Made by a program: the position numbers and the translations under genes. Source: Macrostomum lignano (Eukaryota). Taken from it: 28,485 nt of DNA. The notes under the pieces were generated by a model. That model was given only the letters and a program-made list of their open reading frames with translations. It was not told the DNA's origin and made no database searches. Position 1 is the stretch's first letter. Each line of letters opens with the position of its first letter. Shown here in pieces: positions 11,785-22,800 of this stretch. The DNA lies in assembly GCA_002269645.1 (NCBI GenBank), contig NIVC01005016.1, positions 1-28,485 of the forward strand, in the 5' to 3' direction.

Positions 11785-14700
11785 ATGCGAAGCTCTTCTA
11801 CCTGTGCGGCGCCCAGAGCGTCGGCAAAACGACCCTAATTAGGGAATTGAACAGGCGGCCCGAGCTGGCAAGTCTCCGGATTGAAGTTATTGACGAGGTG
11901 GCTCGCAGTTTGATCAAACAAGACGGCATCGATTTGAATGTGTTCCAAGACTACAGGAATCACCAGGAGCAGTTCTATCAGTTTAATGTGAGCTTTCTGT
12001 CTTTTACGGCTTTTTATTAACCACGCAGAAATTTTATTTTATTTTATTTTATTTAATATTATGATTCAGAAAAAGGCGCCTAAAATTAAATAATGAGGCG
12101 CTTTAAACTTGATAATGAGTCGCTTAAAACTAGATAATGAGGCACCTAAAACTAATGGACAATAAGGCGCCTAAAACTAATAGATAATGAGGCGCCTAAA
12201 ACTAATGGATAATGAGGCACCGAAAACTAATAGATAATGAGGCACCTAAAACTGCTAGATAATGAGGCGCCTAAAACTAATGGATAATGAGGCACCTAAA
12301 ACTAATAGATAATGAGGCACCTAAAACTAATAGATAATGAGGCACCTAAAACTAATAGATAATGAGGCACCTAAAACTAATAGATAATGAGGCGCCTAAA
12401 ACTAATGGATAATGAGGCACCGAAAACTAATAGATAATGAGGCACCTAAAACTAATAGATAATGAGGCACCTAAAACTAATAGATAATGAGGCACCTAAA
12501 ACTTATAGATAATGAGGCACCTAAAACTTATAGATAATGAGGCACCTAAAACTAATAGATAATGAGGCACCTAAAACTAATAGATAATGAGGCACCTAAA
12601 ACTAATAGATAATGAGGCGCCTAAAACTAATAGATAATGAGGCACCTAAAACTAATAGATAATGAGGCGCCTAAAACTAATAGATAATGAGGCACCTAAA
12701 ACTAATAGATAATGAGGCACCTAAAACTAATAGATAATGAGGCACCTAAAACTACTAGATAATGAGGCACCTAAAACTAATGGACAATAAGGCGCCTAAA
12801 ACTAATAGATAATGAGGCGCCTAAAACTACTACACAATAAGGCGCCTAAAACTAATAGATAATGAGGCACCGAAAACTAATAGATAATGAGGCACCTAAA
12901 ACTACTAGATAATGAGGCACCTAAAACTAATAGATAATGAGGCACCTAAAACTAATAGATAATGAGGCGCCTAAAACTAATAGATAATGAGGCACCTAAA
13001 ACTAATAGATAATGAGGCACCTAAAACTTATAGATAATGAGGCACCTAAAACTTATAGATAATGAGGCACCTAAAACTAATAGATAATGAGGCACCTAAA
13101 ACTAATAGATAATGAGGCGCCTAAAACTAATAGATAATGAGGCACCTAAAACTAATAGATAATGAGGCGCCTAAAACTAATAGATAATGAGGCACCTAAA
13201 ACTAATAGATAATGAGGCACCTAAAACTAATAGATAATGAGGCACCTAAAACTAATAGATAATGAGGCACCTAAAACTAATAGATAATGAGGCACCTAAA
13301 ACTTATAGATAATGAGGCACCTAAAACTTATAGATAATGAGGCACCTAAAACTAATAGATAATGAGGCACCTAAAACTAATAGATAATGAGGCACCTAAA
13401 ACTAATAGATAATGAGGCGCCTAAAACTAATAGATAATGAGGCACCTAAAACTAATAGATAATGAGGCGCCTAAAACTAATAGATAATGAGGCACCTAAA
13501 ACTAATAGATAATGAGGCACCTAAAACTAATAGATAATGAGGCACCTAAAACTACTAGATAATGAGGCACCTAAAACTAATGGACAATAAGGCGCCTAAA
13601 ACTAATAGATAATGAGGCACCGAAAACTAATAGATAATGAGGCACCTAAAACTACTAGATAATGAGGCACCTAAAACTAATAGATAATGAGGCACCTAAA
13701 ACTAATAGATAATGAGGCGCCTAAAACTAATAGATAATGAGGCACCTAAAACTAATAGATAATGAGGCACCTAAAACTAATAGATAATGAGGCACCTAAA
13801 ACTAATAGATAATGAGGCGCCTAAAACTATTAGATAATGAGGCACCGAAAACTAATAGATAATGAGGCGCCTAAAACTATTAGATAATGAGGCGCCTAAA
13901 ACTAATAGATAATGAGGCGTCTAAAACTAATAGATAATGAGGCACCTTAAACTAATAGATAATGAGGCGTCTAAAACTAATAGATAATGAGGCACCTTAA
14001 ACTACGCTTCTAGATAATGAGGCGTCAAGGTTCCAAATGATGATGCGCCACAAATTAATAATGATTAGCAGCATTAAAAGGCTTTGTTTATTCGTGAGGC
14101 TCAAGCCCAAAATTTTTCATCTCCGTTCCAGTCGGATGGTAAGCAGTGCTTACCATAGACTATTTGGCTTCTGACTGAGCCATAGATATTTTTTCTCTCC
14201 GTTCCGGTCGGCATGGTAAGCAATGCTTATCAATAGACATTCAGTCGGCTGGGGTAGAAAAATAAGCAAAAATGTACATTTAAGTAGCCTGTTTCTAGAC
14301 TGAAAGCACACTGGTCCCTGTACAAGAGGAATGGGCAACACGAACAGTATAAGAAACGTTCTTTTCCTAGCCCCAGTCAGTTCAAACAGAGAAGCTGATC
14401 CATCTCCTTACTCGTCTAGCTTTTTGACAGCTTATTCAGTCGTGCTTTATACTACAGTGGTTCTTTGACTCCTTAAGTTTTCGTTTCCTATACTTTATCT
14501 GTCTCAGTCTGGTTTGAGCCGAATACTAAAATCAGTTCTCAAAGAGCTTTGAAATGGCCCAAGTGGACGAAATGTCTGAACTCATGACATCGGACGACGA
14601 GGACTACCTCTTATCAGATGATTCTTCTGGTGAGTCAGATGTTCTGGACAGTGTTGATGAGGACGTACAGGTTGCTGATGAGTTGTCGTGGCGGCCTGCT

Positions 14701-17700
14701 ATCGTTGGGAACGACGCATCGACGAGAGATATCGAGTTTTTCGGAACACCTGGCCTGAATCCTGGAATAATAGTGCCTGCCGATGTTGAGAACTCAACTT
14801 CCTTCTTCTTAGGTTTATTCCTGTCTGATTCGTTGTTTGAAGATCTAGCTATGTGGACTAACCGTAGAGCTTGGGCAGCAATTCATTCATTGGATGCTGA
14901 TGACCTGCCTGTGAGTTTGTTACAGTGGAACGAATGTAGCGCAAACGAAGTCAAGAAGTTGATTGGAATGTACCTGTACATGGGAAGCAACAAGAAGACT
15001 GAGATGAATGACTACTGGAGTACTGGCAGCTACCACTCGACACCATACTTTCAAGCACCTGAGGCGCTCTCTAGAGACCGCTTCAAGCAATTGCTCGGCT
15101 TTCTTCGCTTTTATGATTGCCTTGAGGATCCCACACCTGGTGATCCGTTGTACAAGATTCGTCCATTTTTGAACAATTTGCGTGACACCTGCGTGAACAT
15201 CTACAGACCTGACGAAGAAATAAGTGTTGACGAATCGTTGGTTCTTTACAAAGGACGATTAGGCTTCAAGCAATACATTCCAACTAAGCGCGCCAGGTAT
15301 GGCATCAAGGTGTACTGTGCTTGTGAGTCTGAAACAGGCTACTTGTTCAACTTTCGAGTTCATGCTACTCCGGAGGAGAATCGTAGATTTGCTTTAGATC
15401 CACAAAGCGGAAACCTGTCATTCAGCGAAAAAATTGTTGTCGAGCTTTGCCAAGATCTGTTGGACCAAGGCTACCGCATTTTTGCCGACAAGTGGTTTGG
15501 TTCTTATCGGTTGGCTAAGTACCTCCTGGATCGAGATACTCATCTGACTTGCACCATACGAGCTGACCGAGGCGTGCCGATTGAGCTCAGGCAGTTAAAT
15601 GTGCCGCCCAATGATGTCGGCTTCATGCGCAAGGGTGCCGTACTGGCCGCAAAGATTGTTGAAAGAAAGGAAAGCGGTCTAAAAACGTTGTATTTTCTGG
15701 ACACAAATGAGGCAGCATCAAAAGTTCCAGTCCGACGAATCGCCCGAGGTGGAGCAGCGGCTGCAGTGCAGAAGTGCCGCTCAGCTTTGAGTTACAACCG
15801 CTGCATGGGCGGCGTCGATCGAATGGACGGCCACATGCAGCCCTACCAGCCTGCTCGGAAAACCAGAAAATGGTTTTTGAAACTTGGTTTGCACCTGTGC
15901 TTGCAGATGGTCCGAAATGCTTGGATTGTATACTGTAAGTGCGGCGGCCGAAAGGTGTTCGTTAAGTTTCTGGAAGCCAGCATTCGTGAATTCGTGCAGA
16001 GCACTGGGATGAGCAGAAGGCGAGCAGCCGCTGCAGCTCAAGCCTTCGGCCAAGTCAGCCCGCATTTCCCAATGCGAATTGCGGCCCGAGAAAGTCAGCC
16101 AAGGCCAACTAAGCGGTGTCGCGTCTGCTACCGAGCTGAAAGAATCAAACGATCAATTTACTGCTGCCCTGCGTGTCCAGGTGAACCAGGACTGTGTCTG
16201 GAGACCTGCTTTCAGCAATGGCATTCTTGAATTCTTGACAGTTTTTGTTCCCAGTGCACGCATGCTGGAAGAATATTTCCTGCTATATTCCCTTCTATAC
16301 GTGTGCCTGAAAGAAAATTGAGGAAATGGGTTTCTCCCAGTTAGCTTCTTCTTTCTGAGACTATAATTAAAAATTAATTCAGAATACTAGTGGCGCTAAC
16401 ATCTCGAGTTGCTGAGAATGCGCCATAAGAATTGTTTGAATGAATGCCAAAAACGAATCGTTTGTATACTTCGTGATAAAACATCTTTAAAGATCTAAGA
16501 AACAAGTGATAGTAATTAAATAACATTTACTTTTTCTGTTATCAATTCTGTCCTGCTCCAAATACGGGTTTATGCGGGGGCAAAGAGGGCAACTGCCCCC
16601 CAAACAACTTACATCTGTGGCGCCCCCAGCTGCGCAGCTCGCCTTTGTTGTGTCTTTTCCCTTTGCTGCCGCCTCCTAGGTACAAAAATTCTGCACTACT
16701 TAATAATTTCCTGGGTCAAAAAAATCTGCATCCGCCTCTGTTCTGCTGACATTTTTCATGTCCCAGTTTTCATGTTTGCATCATACGCTGGTACGAGTAG
16801 ATTGTTTCTCTTCAGAAAATTTTAATTAACTTACGCGTACGGTGTTACTCAATTTATTCTTACTCAATTGTTTTCTCACTCAGCAAAAATATACATCAAA
16901 TTTATATAAACGAAAACTGATCTTACTGTATACAGTTGTATTTCAAGGAAGCTGAAATTTTTGTACCGTCTGTTGGTTATTTTGATTGAGAAAGAGATCT
17001 AAACTACGAGTAAAAAAATCAGGGAAGCTATCGTTCTAAAAGTTCTGCTTACCATAGCCGACCGGAACGGAGTGTGAATTTTACCATAGATTATATTTGA
17101 TCTGAATCATCTGACTTCTGCCTAGACTGAAACTAGGGTGTGCGCATGGTAAGCAGTGCTTACCATCAGACTTTTGGAGGTTAAAACAAAGGACTTCAAA
17201 TTAAATTTACGTCAAGCCAACTGACTAGCAAGCTAAAAAACTTTGCCCATTTGAATTGCCACAGCTGAAGCTGGTCAGCCGCTATCTGGATATGGCTCGA
17301 CAAGACCGACTTGATGACGATTCTAGCGACAGATTGAAGCTGTACGACAGATCTGGGCTTGACGCTGTCAACTACATCTGCACTTATCTGCCTCATCTGA
17401 GCCATCGGATGCTGGGGGAGGCGGCTGTGAAGCATCTGATTGACGAGTGAGCGGTGATTTTGTATTGATCTGTAACGGAGAAAAGTACATGTAACATATG
17501 CTGTTAGCTCGTTGACTTAAGTCACTGACTTACTCATCCGGTCACTGGTTCACTACTTGTGCATCACTGGTTCACTACTTGTGCATCACTGGTTCACTAC
17601 TTGTGCATCACTGGTTCACTACTTGTGCATCACTGGTTCACTACTTGTGCATCACTGGTTCACTACTTGTGGATCACTGGTTCACTACTTGTGCATCACT

Positions 17701-18666
17701 GGTTCACTACTTGTGCATCACTGGTTCACTACTTGTGCATCACTGGTTCACTACTTGTGCATCACTGGTTCACTACTTGTGGATCACTGGTTCACTACTT
17801 GTGCATCACTGGTTCACTACTTGTGCATCACTGGTTCACTACTTGTGGATCACTGGTTCACTACTTGTGGATCACTGGTTCACTACTTGTGGATCACTGG
17901 TTTACTACTTGTGGGTCACGGGTTCACTACTTGTGGGTCATAGATTCACGAGGTTACACGGATTCATGTGGCATTCCTAATCTTTTGATTCACAATTGGT
18001 ATCCCTTGATTCCCAGGATATCACAGATTCACAGGGAATCACAAATTCACGGGTATCACAGATTCACGGGTATCACAGATTCACGGGTATCACAGATTCA
18101 CGGGGGTATCACAGATTCACAGGAAAGCACAGATTCACGGGTATCACAGATTCACGGGTATCACAGATTCACGGGTATCACAGATTCACGGGTATCACAG
18201 ATTCACGGGTATCACAGATTCACGGGGGTATCACAGATTCACGGGGGTATCACAGATTCACAGGGAAGCACAGATTCACGGGTATCACAGATTCACGGGT
18301 ATCACAGATTCACGGGGGTATCACAGATTCCCAGGGAAGCACAGATTCACGGGAAATCACAGATTCACAATACACTGATCAAAAGAAATTTCCCGCCGCT
18401 GCCGAATGCACAGATACTCCAGCAGTAGCGCATCCGTATCGTTCATCGTGATGGACCCCCAAGCAGAGTTTATCGAGCACGACAACGTGAGACTGCCGCC
18501 TCAACTACCGGAGCTGCAAAAGTACACAGAGAACTTGAGGCAGCTACTCGAACAGCGGGGCATCCCGAGGGTCGACTTGCCTGAACGCGATTTGGATATT
18601 CGAGTGCAACGAGTTTCCGAACTGTTGCTTAACAGGGACGGAAATAGAAAAGAACTCGACGATTGA
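11785..18666 (+). CDS. NadR/Ttd14-like AAA_28 P-loop NTPase/kinase, 3 coding exons, about 210 aa; start uncertain
   Basis: Exons about 11785/11793-11987, 17265-17446, 18414-18666 with matching phases (AAT|gtgag..cag|CTG phase 0; GA|gtgag..cag|A phase 2). Spliced protein: LFYLCGAQSVGKTTLIREL (Walker A 11808-11831)...IDEVARSLIK...LYDRSGLDAVNY...FIEHDNVRL...LRQLLEQRGIP. I recognise this GxxxxGKTT / EVAR / DRSGLD / DxVR series as the AAA_28 (NadR/Ttd14) pattern. ATG at 11785 is 1 nt out of frame; one added G gives MAKLFYLCG. AATAAA 18845-18850. Confidence 0.8.
12076..14048. repeat. 25-bp satellite (AGATAATGAGGCACCTAAAACTAAT), about 79 copies, in intron 1 of the P-loop gene
   Basis: Highly homogeneous 25-nt periodicity with recurring variant units. 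Confidence 0.97.
14121..17184 (+). mobile_element. piggyBac-superfamily DNA transposon (about 3.06 kb) in intron 1 of the P-loop gene
   Basis: Transposase ORF inside; right end GAGG followed by TTAA 17181-17184; inverted repeats CTCCGTTCCRGTCGG(C)ATGGTAAGCA at 14121-14145 and 14197-14222 versus the reverse complement at 17046-17072; 21-bp palindrome ATGGTAAGCAGTGCTTACCAT at 14136-14156 and 17146-17166. Left terminus not precisely definable (no TTAA). Confidence 0.85.
14554..16230 (+). CDS. piggyBac transposase (PGBD4-like), intact, 558 aa
   Basis: Acidic N-terminus; SRDRF motif; catalytic Asp motifs ISVDES, FADKWF, MGGVDRMD; C-terminal Cys-rich domain CRVC...CCPACPGEPGLCLETCFQQWH; no stops or frameshifts. 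Confidence 0.95.
   Translation: MAQVDEMSELMTSDDEDYLLSDDSSGESDVLDSVDEDVQVADELSWRPAIVGNDASTRDIEFFGTPGLNPGIIVPADVENSTSFFLGLFLSDSLFEDLAMWTNRRAWAAIHSLDADDLPVSLLQWNECSANEVKKLIGMYLYMGSNKKTEMNDYWSTGSYHSTPYFQAPEALSRDRFKQLLGFLRFYDCLEDPTPGDPLYKIRPFLNNLRDTCVNIYRPDEEISVDESLVLYKGRLGFKQYIPTKRARYGIKVYCACESETGYLFNFRVHATPEENRRFALDPQSGNLSFSEKIVVELCQDLLDQGYRIFADKWFGSYRLAKYLLDRDTHLTCTIRADRGVPIELRQLNVPPNDVGFMRKGAVLAAKIVERKESGLKTLYFLDTNEAASKVPVRRIARGGAAAAVQKCRSALSYNRCMGGVDRMDGHMQPYQPARKTRKWFLKLGLHLCLQMVRNAWIVYCKCGGRKVFVKFLEASIREFVQSTGMSRRRAAAAAQAFGQVSPHFPMRIAARESQPRPTKRCRVCYRAERIKRSIYCCPACPGEPGLCLETCFQQWHS
17540..17942. repeat. 22-bp minisatellite (CATCACTGGTTCACTACTTGTG), about 18 copies, intron 2 of the P-loop gene
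   Basis: 22-nt periodicity; accounts for ORFs 17557, 17559, 17579. Confidence 0.95.
18018..18369. repeat. 18-20-bp minisatellite (GTATCACAGATTCACGGG), about 19 copies, intron 2 of the P-loop gene
   Basis: Periodicity with GG insertions; ends before acceptor CACAG 18409-18413. Confidence 0.93.
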
Positions 18667-18999
18667 CTAACTACTGAAGTTTCAGTAGTACCGTCTGACC
18701 ATTAATTTCCTTGAGTAGTATTTATTTCAAATGTTTATTAAAATTGTATACTTTACACTCCAAATACACGTGTCATACCGCTCGATCTTTTATCAGATAA
18801 GTTTACTTAAATATACAACGTAAAGTTTTGCATATAAGCATGCCAATAAAATTGCATTAGATAGACTCCATAAAGTGAAACATAATTGTAACATGTAGAT
18901 AATGGCTAGTTACTAAATTTACAAAAATCAAGGCTCTAAGCACTGATCAAGGATAAAGGATATTAGACTGAGATAAAGAGTAAAGCAAAAATCATAGCT

Positions 19000-19742
19000 G
19001 AAAGGACGCTGCGATGAAAAGGAGGGACGCTGAGATGAAAGGGAGGAACGCTGAGTTGAAGGAAAGGACGCTGAGATGAAAGAAGGGACCCTGAGATGAA
19101 AGGGAGGGACGCTGAGATGAAGGAAAGGACGCTGAGATGAAGGAAGGGACCCTGAGATGAAAGGAGGGACGCTGAGATGAAGGGAGGGACGCTGAGATGA
19201 AGGAAGGGACCCTGGGATGAAAGGAGGGACGCTGAGATGAAGGGAGGGACGCTAAGATAAAAGGAGGGACGCTGAGATGAATGGAGGGACTCTGAGATGA
19301 AGGGAGGGACCCTGAGATGAAGAGAGGGACCCTGAGATGAAGAGAGGGACGCTGAGATGAAGGAAGGGACCCTGAGATGAAAGTGAGGGACGCTGAGATG
19401 AAGGAAGGGACCCTGGGATGAAAGGAGGGACGCTGAGATGAAGGGAGGGACGCTAAGATAAAAGGAGGGACGCTGAGATGAATGGAGGGACTCTGAGATG
19501 AAGGGAGGGACCCTGAGATGAAGAGAGGGACCCTGAGATGAAGAGAGGGACGCTGAGATGAAGGAAGGGACCCTGAGATGAAAGTGAGGGACGCTGAGAT
19601 GAAGGAAAGGACGCTGAGATGAAGGAAGGGACCCTGAGATGAAAGGAGGGACGCTGAGATGAAGGGAGGGACGCTGAGATGAAGGAAGGGACCCTGAGAT
19701 GAAAGGGAGGGACGCTGAGATGAAGGGAGGGACTCTGGGATT
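19000..19742. repeat. Purine-rich 20-21-bp minisatellite (SCTGAGATGAAGGRAGGGAC), about 36 copies, between the convergent 3' ends of the P-loop and guanylate cyclase genes
   Basis: Periodicity plus an internal block duplication (variant run starting gctaagataaaagg at 19251 and 19452). Confidence 0.93.
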
Positions 19743-19824
19743 AAGAGTCACAGCATTTCCTCTTCACTGTAACTTCCATTGCCAGATTTGAATCTGCTGC
19801 ATAGCAACTCGTCAAAGCAGCATT

Positions 19825-22800
19825 TTATTGCCTAGCCGCCTTCTCTCCTTGACTGCCGGTCTCCATGGCAACAGTTCTGCCAGGCCGGCCCAGAAGAAAA
19901 TAAGTGGCCAGAAGGCCTCGGCCTTTGATCTGCACTTCGCCGCGTCCCTCAAACTGGTAGCCGTGTTTTAGTAGGGCTCTGAAAATTTAGTCGGCAATAT
20001 TGCTATCTGACTACTGATTAGATGATGAGTTATAAGTAGTAGACAATAAAACTGGATCAAATTAGACACACTTTTTAAACTGATTTATTGATTGGTTTGC
20101 TCATAGATTAGTACACTCGTACATATCGACTTGAACTTATGGATTATAGATTTACAAATATTTTTTATTTCCTAATTTGCTAATAATAGGCGAGGGGATT
20201 GCTTGGCAATTTTGATAGCCTCATTCTTTCGGGACTGATCGATTAATTCATGAACTGAATAAATTTCTTTAATCAAAAAATTACGTAGGTGTATAGTTAA
20301 CTGGTTAATTGACTTGAAAAAATGAATCATCATATTACTCGTATAAATTAAATTTTTAAAGGATTGATAGATAGTTCGTAATTTGATTGACTGAGTGATA
20401 GACTGGTTGATAGACTGACTGATTGATTGATTGATGGGTTGATTGATTGATTGATTAATAGATTGATTGATTGATTGATTAATTGATTGATTGATTGATT
20501 GATTAACGGATTGATTAATGGATTGATTGATTGATTGAATGATTGATTAATGGATTGATTGATTGATTGATTGAGCTGCATGGCAAAGAACTGGCTGCTC
20601 TTACTCTCGCGAGCTGGGACTGACGTGGATGCGGCCCGGCACGCCCTGGCCCTCCATCTGGGAGGCGACGCTCACCGCGGCGCCGAACAGGCAGAAGCGC
20701 GGCATTTTGTCGCCGACAACCCCGGCCACCACCGGGCCCGTGTGCAGCCCGACGCGGATCTGGGGGGGGGGGAGTGGACAATCAATGACCGATTGAGCTT
20801 CTGGCGAGTTTCGGGTGCTAAATGCGAGTATTTTTTCTCGATCTGTCATTAGGTCTGTCACACTTTTCTGCTTAGGTCTGTCACACTTTTCTGCTTAGGT
20901 CTGTCACACTTTCCTGCTTAGGTCTGTCACACCTTCCTACTTAGGTCTGTCACACTTTCCTACTTAGGTCTGTCACACTTTCCTGCTTAGGTCTGTCACA
21001 CTTTCCTGCTTAGGTCTGTCACACTTTCCTGCTTAGGTCTGTCACACTTTCCTGCTTAGGTCTGTCACACTTTCCTGCGAAGGGCAGACAGAAAGTCTCG
21101 AACTTTGATTTTGTAGCAAAAGTGTGATTAAAAGTGTGATTCTTGTGATTATTTAAGTTACTTGAATTATGTTTTGTTTGACTCTACCGAATAGACTAAC
21201 ATTTCAGCAATATTCTGACACCAATATTTTGACATCATGTCTTAATTTAGATTTTCCGCAGTACGAGCTACTACTCAACAAAGCCCATCCTTTCGGCTAA
21301 AATGGAAGATGCAGTGCAGAACCAGCACTCAATCGTGTTCTTTTTGCACTCTAAAGGCCATCAAGGATCTGAAATCGTTCGTGACCAACAGTCAGTCTTT
21401 GGTGACCGTTCTCTCTCTCGCAGCACAGTTTATTCCTGGATCGTGGGATTGGCAAGCGGTCATGACCCTAGATGTGGTAGACCTGCAACATCAACTTCTC
21501 GAGCAAATGGTGACCATGCGCACCAGCTGGTGCTTGCAGACCGCCGGCTCACTGTTGATGATGTGGCCAGCCTTCTTGGCATTTCACATGGCGCAGCTCA
21601 TCAGATCCTATCGAATGAGCTGGCATGAGCAAGGTGCTCGATGGGTGCCACGCCTGTTATTGCAGAAACAGAAGAATGAGCGGGTGCGGCAGTGTCATGC
21701 AATAAAGGAGAAGCTGGAGAAGCTGGGTGAAAACTTTTGGCGTCGAATCGTTACCGCTGACGAAACCTGGTTACCACACTACAATCCTGAAACCAAGCAG
21801 CAGTCCAAAGTTTTGGTGGCCCCTGGAGAGCCCACCCCAACCAAGGCCAGTGCAGTACCAGCTGTCACCAAAACGATGGTAACAGTTTTCTGGGACTGTG
21901 AAGGAGTCATCTTCATTGACTACCTGGAGAAGGGCCAGACCGTTAACTCTGAGCGCTACATTGCATCCCTGGCTGATTTGCAGTCGCAGCTGGTCAAATT
22001 CCGACCTGGGAAGCTGCATGCTGGATTCTCCTGCAGCATGACAATCAATGCACGGCCGCACACATCCCGAGCCACACTGGCAGAAATACGCAGAAAAAAC
22101 TGGAGAATTCTGACACATCCACCATACAGCCCTGATCTGGCACCTAGCGATTACCACCTCTTCAGTCCGATGAAGGATGCCCTCCGTGGTTGGCATTACA
22201 GCATTGAAAAGGCGTGACCTTGAGAAGTGGTTTAGAGGTCAACTCAAAGAGCCGCTGGGATCAAGAAGTTGCCAGAGCGCTGGGAGCGCTGCATTAATGC
22301 TGATGGAGATTACTTTGAAAAACTCTAAAATTCAAACTGAGCAGACTTTCCCTTCTGGTTTTATGAACCAAAGTCCGAGAACTTTTTGACTGCCCCTCGT
22401 ACTTAGGTCTGTCACACATTTATTGTTAAATCTATCACACTTTTCTGTTTAGATTTATCGTGCTTTCTAAGGTCTGTCACATTTGCTTGTATCCGTCACG
22501 CTTTCACAGATTTCACAGCATGTGGTTTACAGTACTACACTACAGTACGTCAAAAAACGGACCAAAAAAGTTTGTTTGCTTTTTGCTTTGCAGCAGCCTT
22601 CGCGTGTAAATATCAAATGTATAATTTGGTATTAATTAATTATTTTTATTGTCTTTAGTGCTGAATTTATAGACGCACAATTATCCACACTACTTTCTCT
22701 TAGTATTATCCCTAATTAATTCTTATAAATCATTGTACCTTTAGTAGTTTAGTTTCTTTTAAATTTTATCCGAGCATGTTTCTTTTATTTCTACTGACAG

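Noticed and set aside
12076-14048. 25-bp and 40-bp (24510-25489) arrays as CRISPR
   Set aside because: Head-to-tail units without unique spacers, eukaryotic intronic context, no cas genes
14074-14077. TTAA as the left piggyBac target duplication
   Set aside because: Followed by AAGGCT, which does not match the right terminus (reverse complement CCTCC)
17557-19751. Long repetitive ORFs 17557..17943, 17559..18428, 17579..17980, 17996..18451, 18963..19751
   Set aside because: Translations of minisatellite arrays
21309-22217. 302-aa ORF as an intact mariner transposase
   Set aside because: Its first third is off-frame, the second catalytic Asp (HDN) is out of frame, and the C-terminus is in another frame
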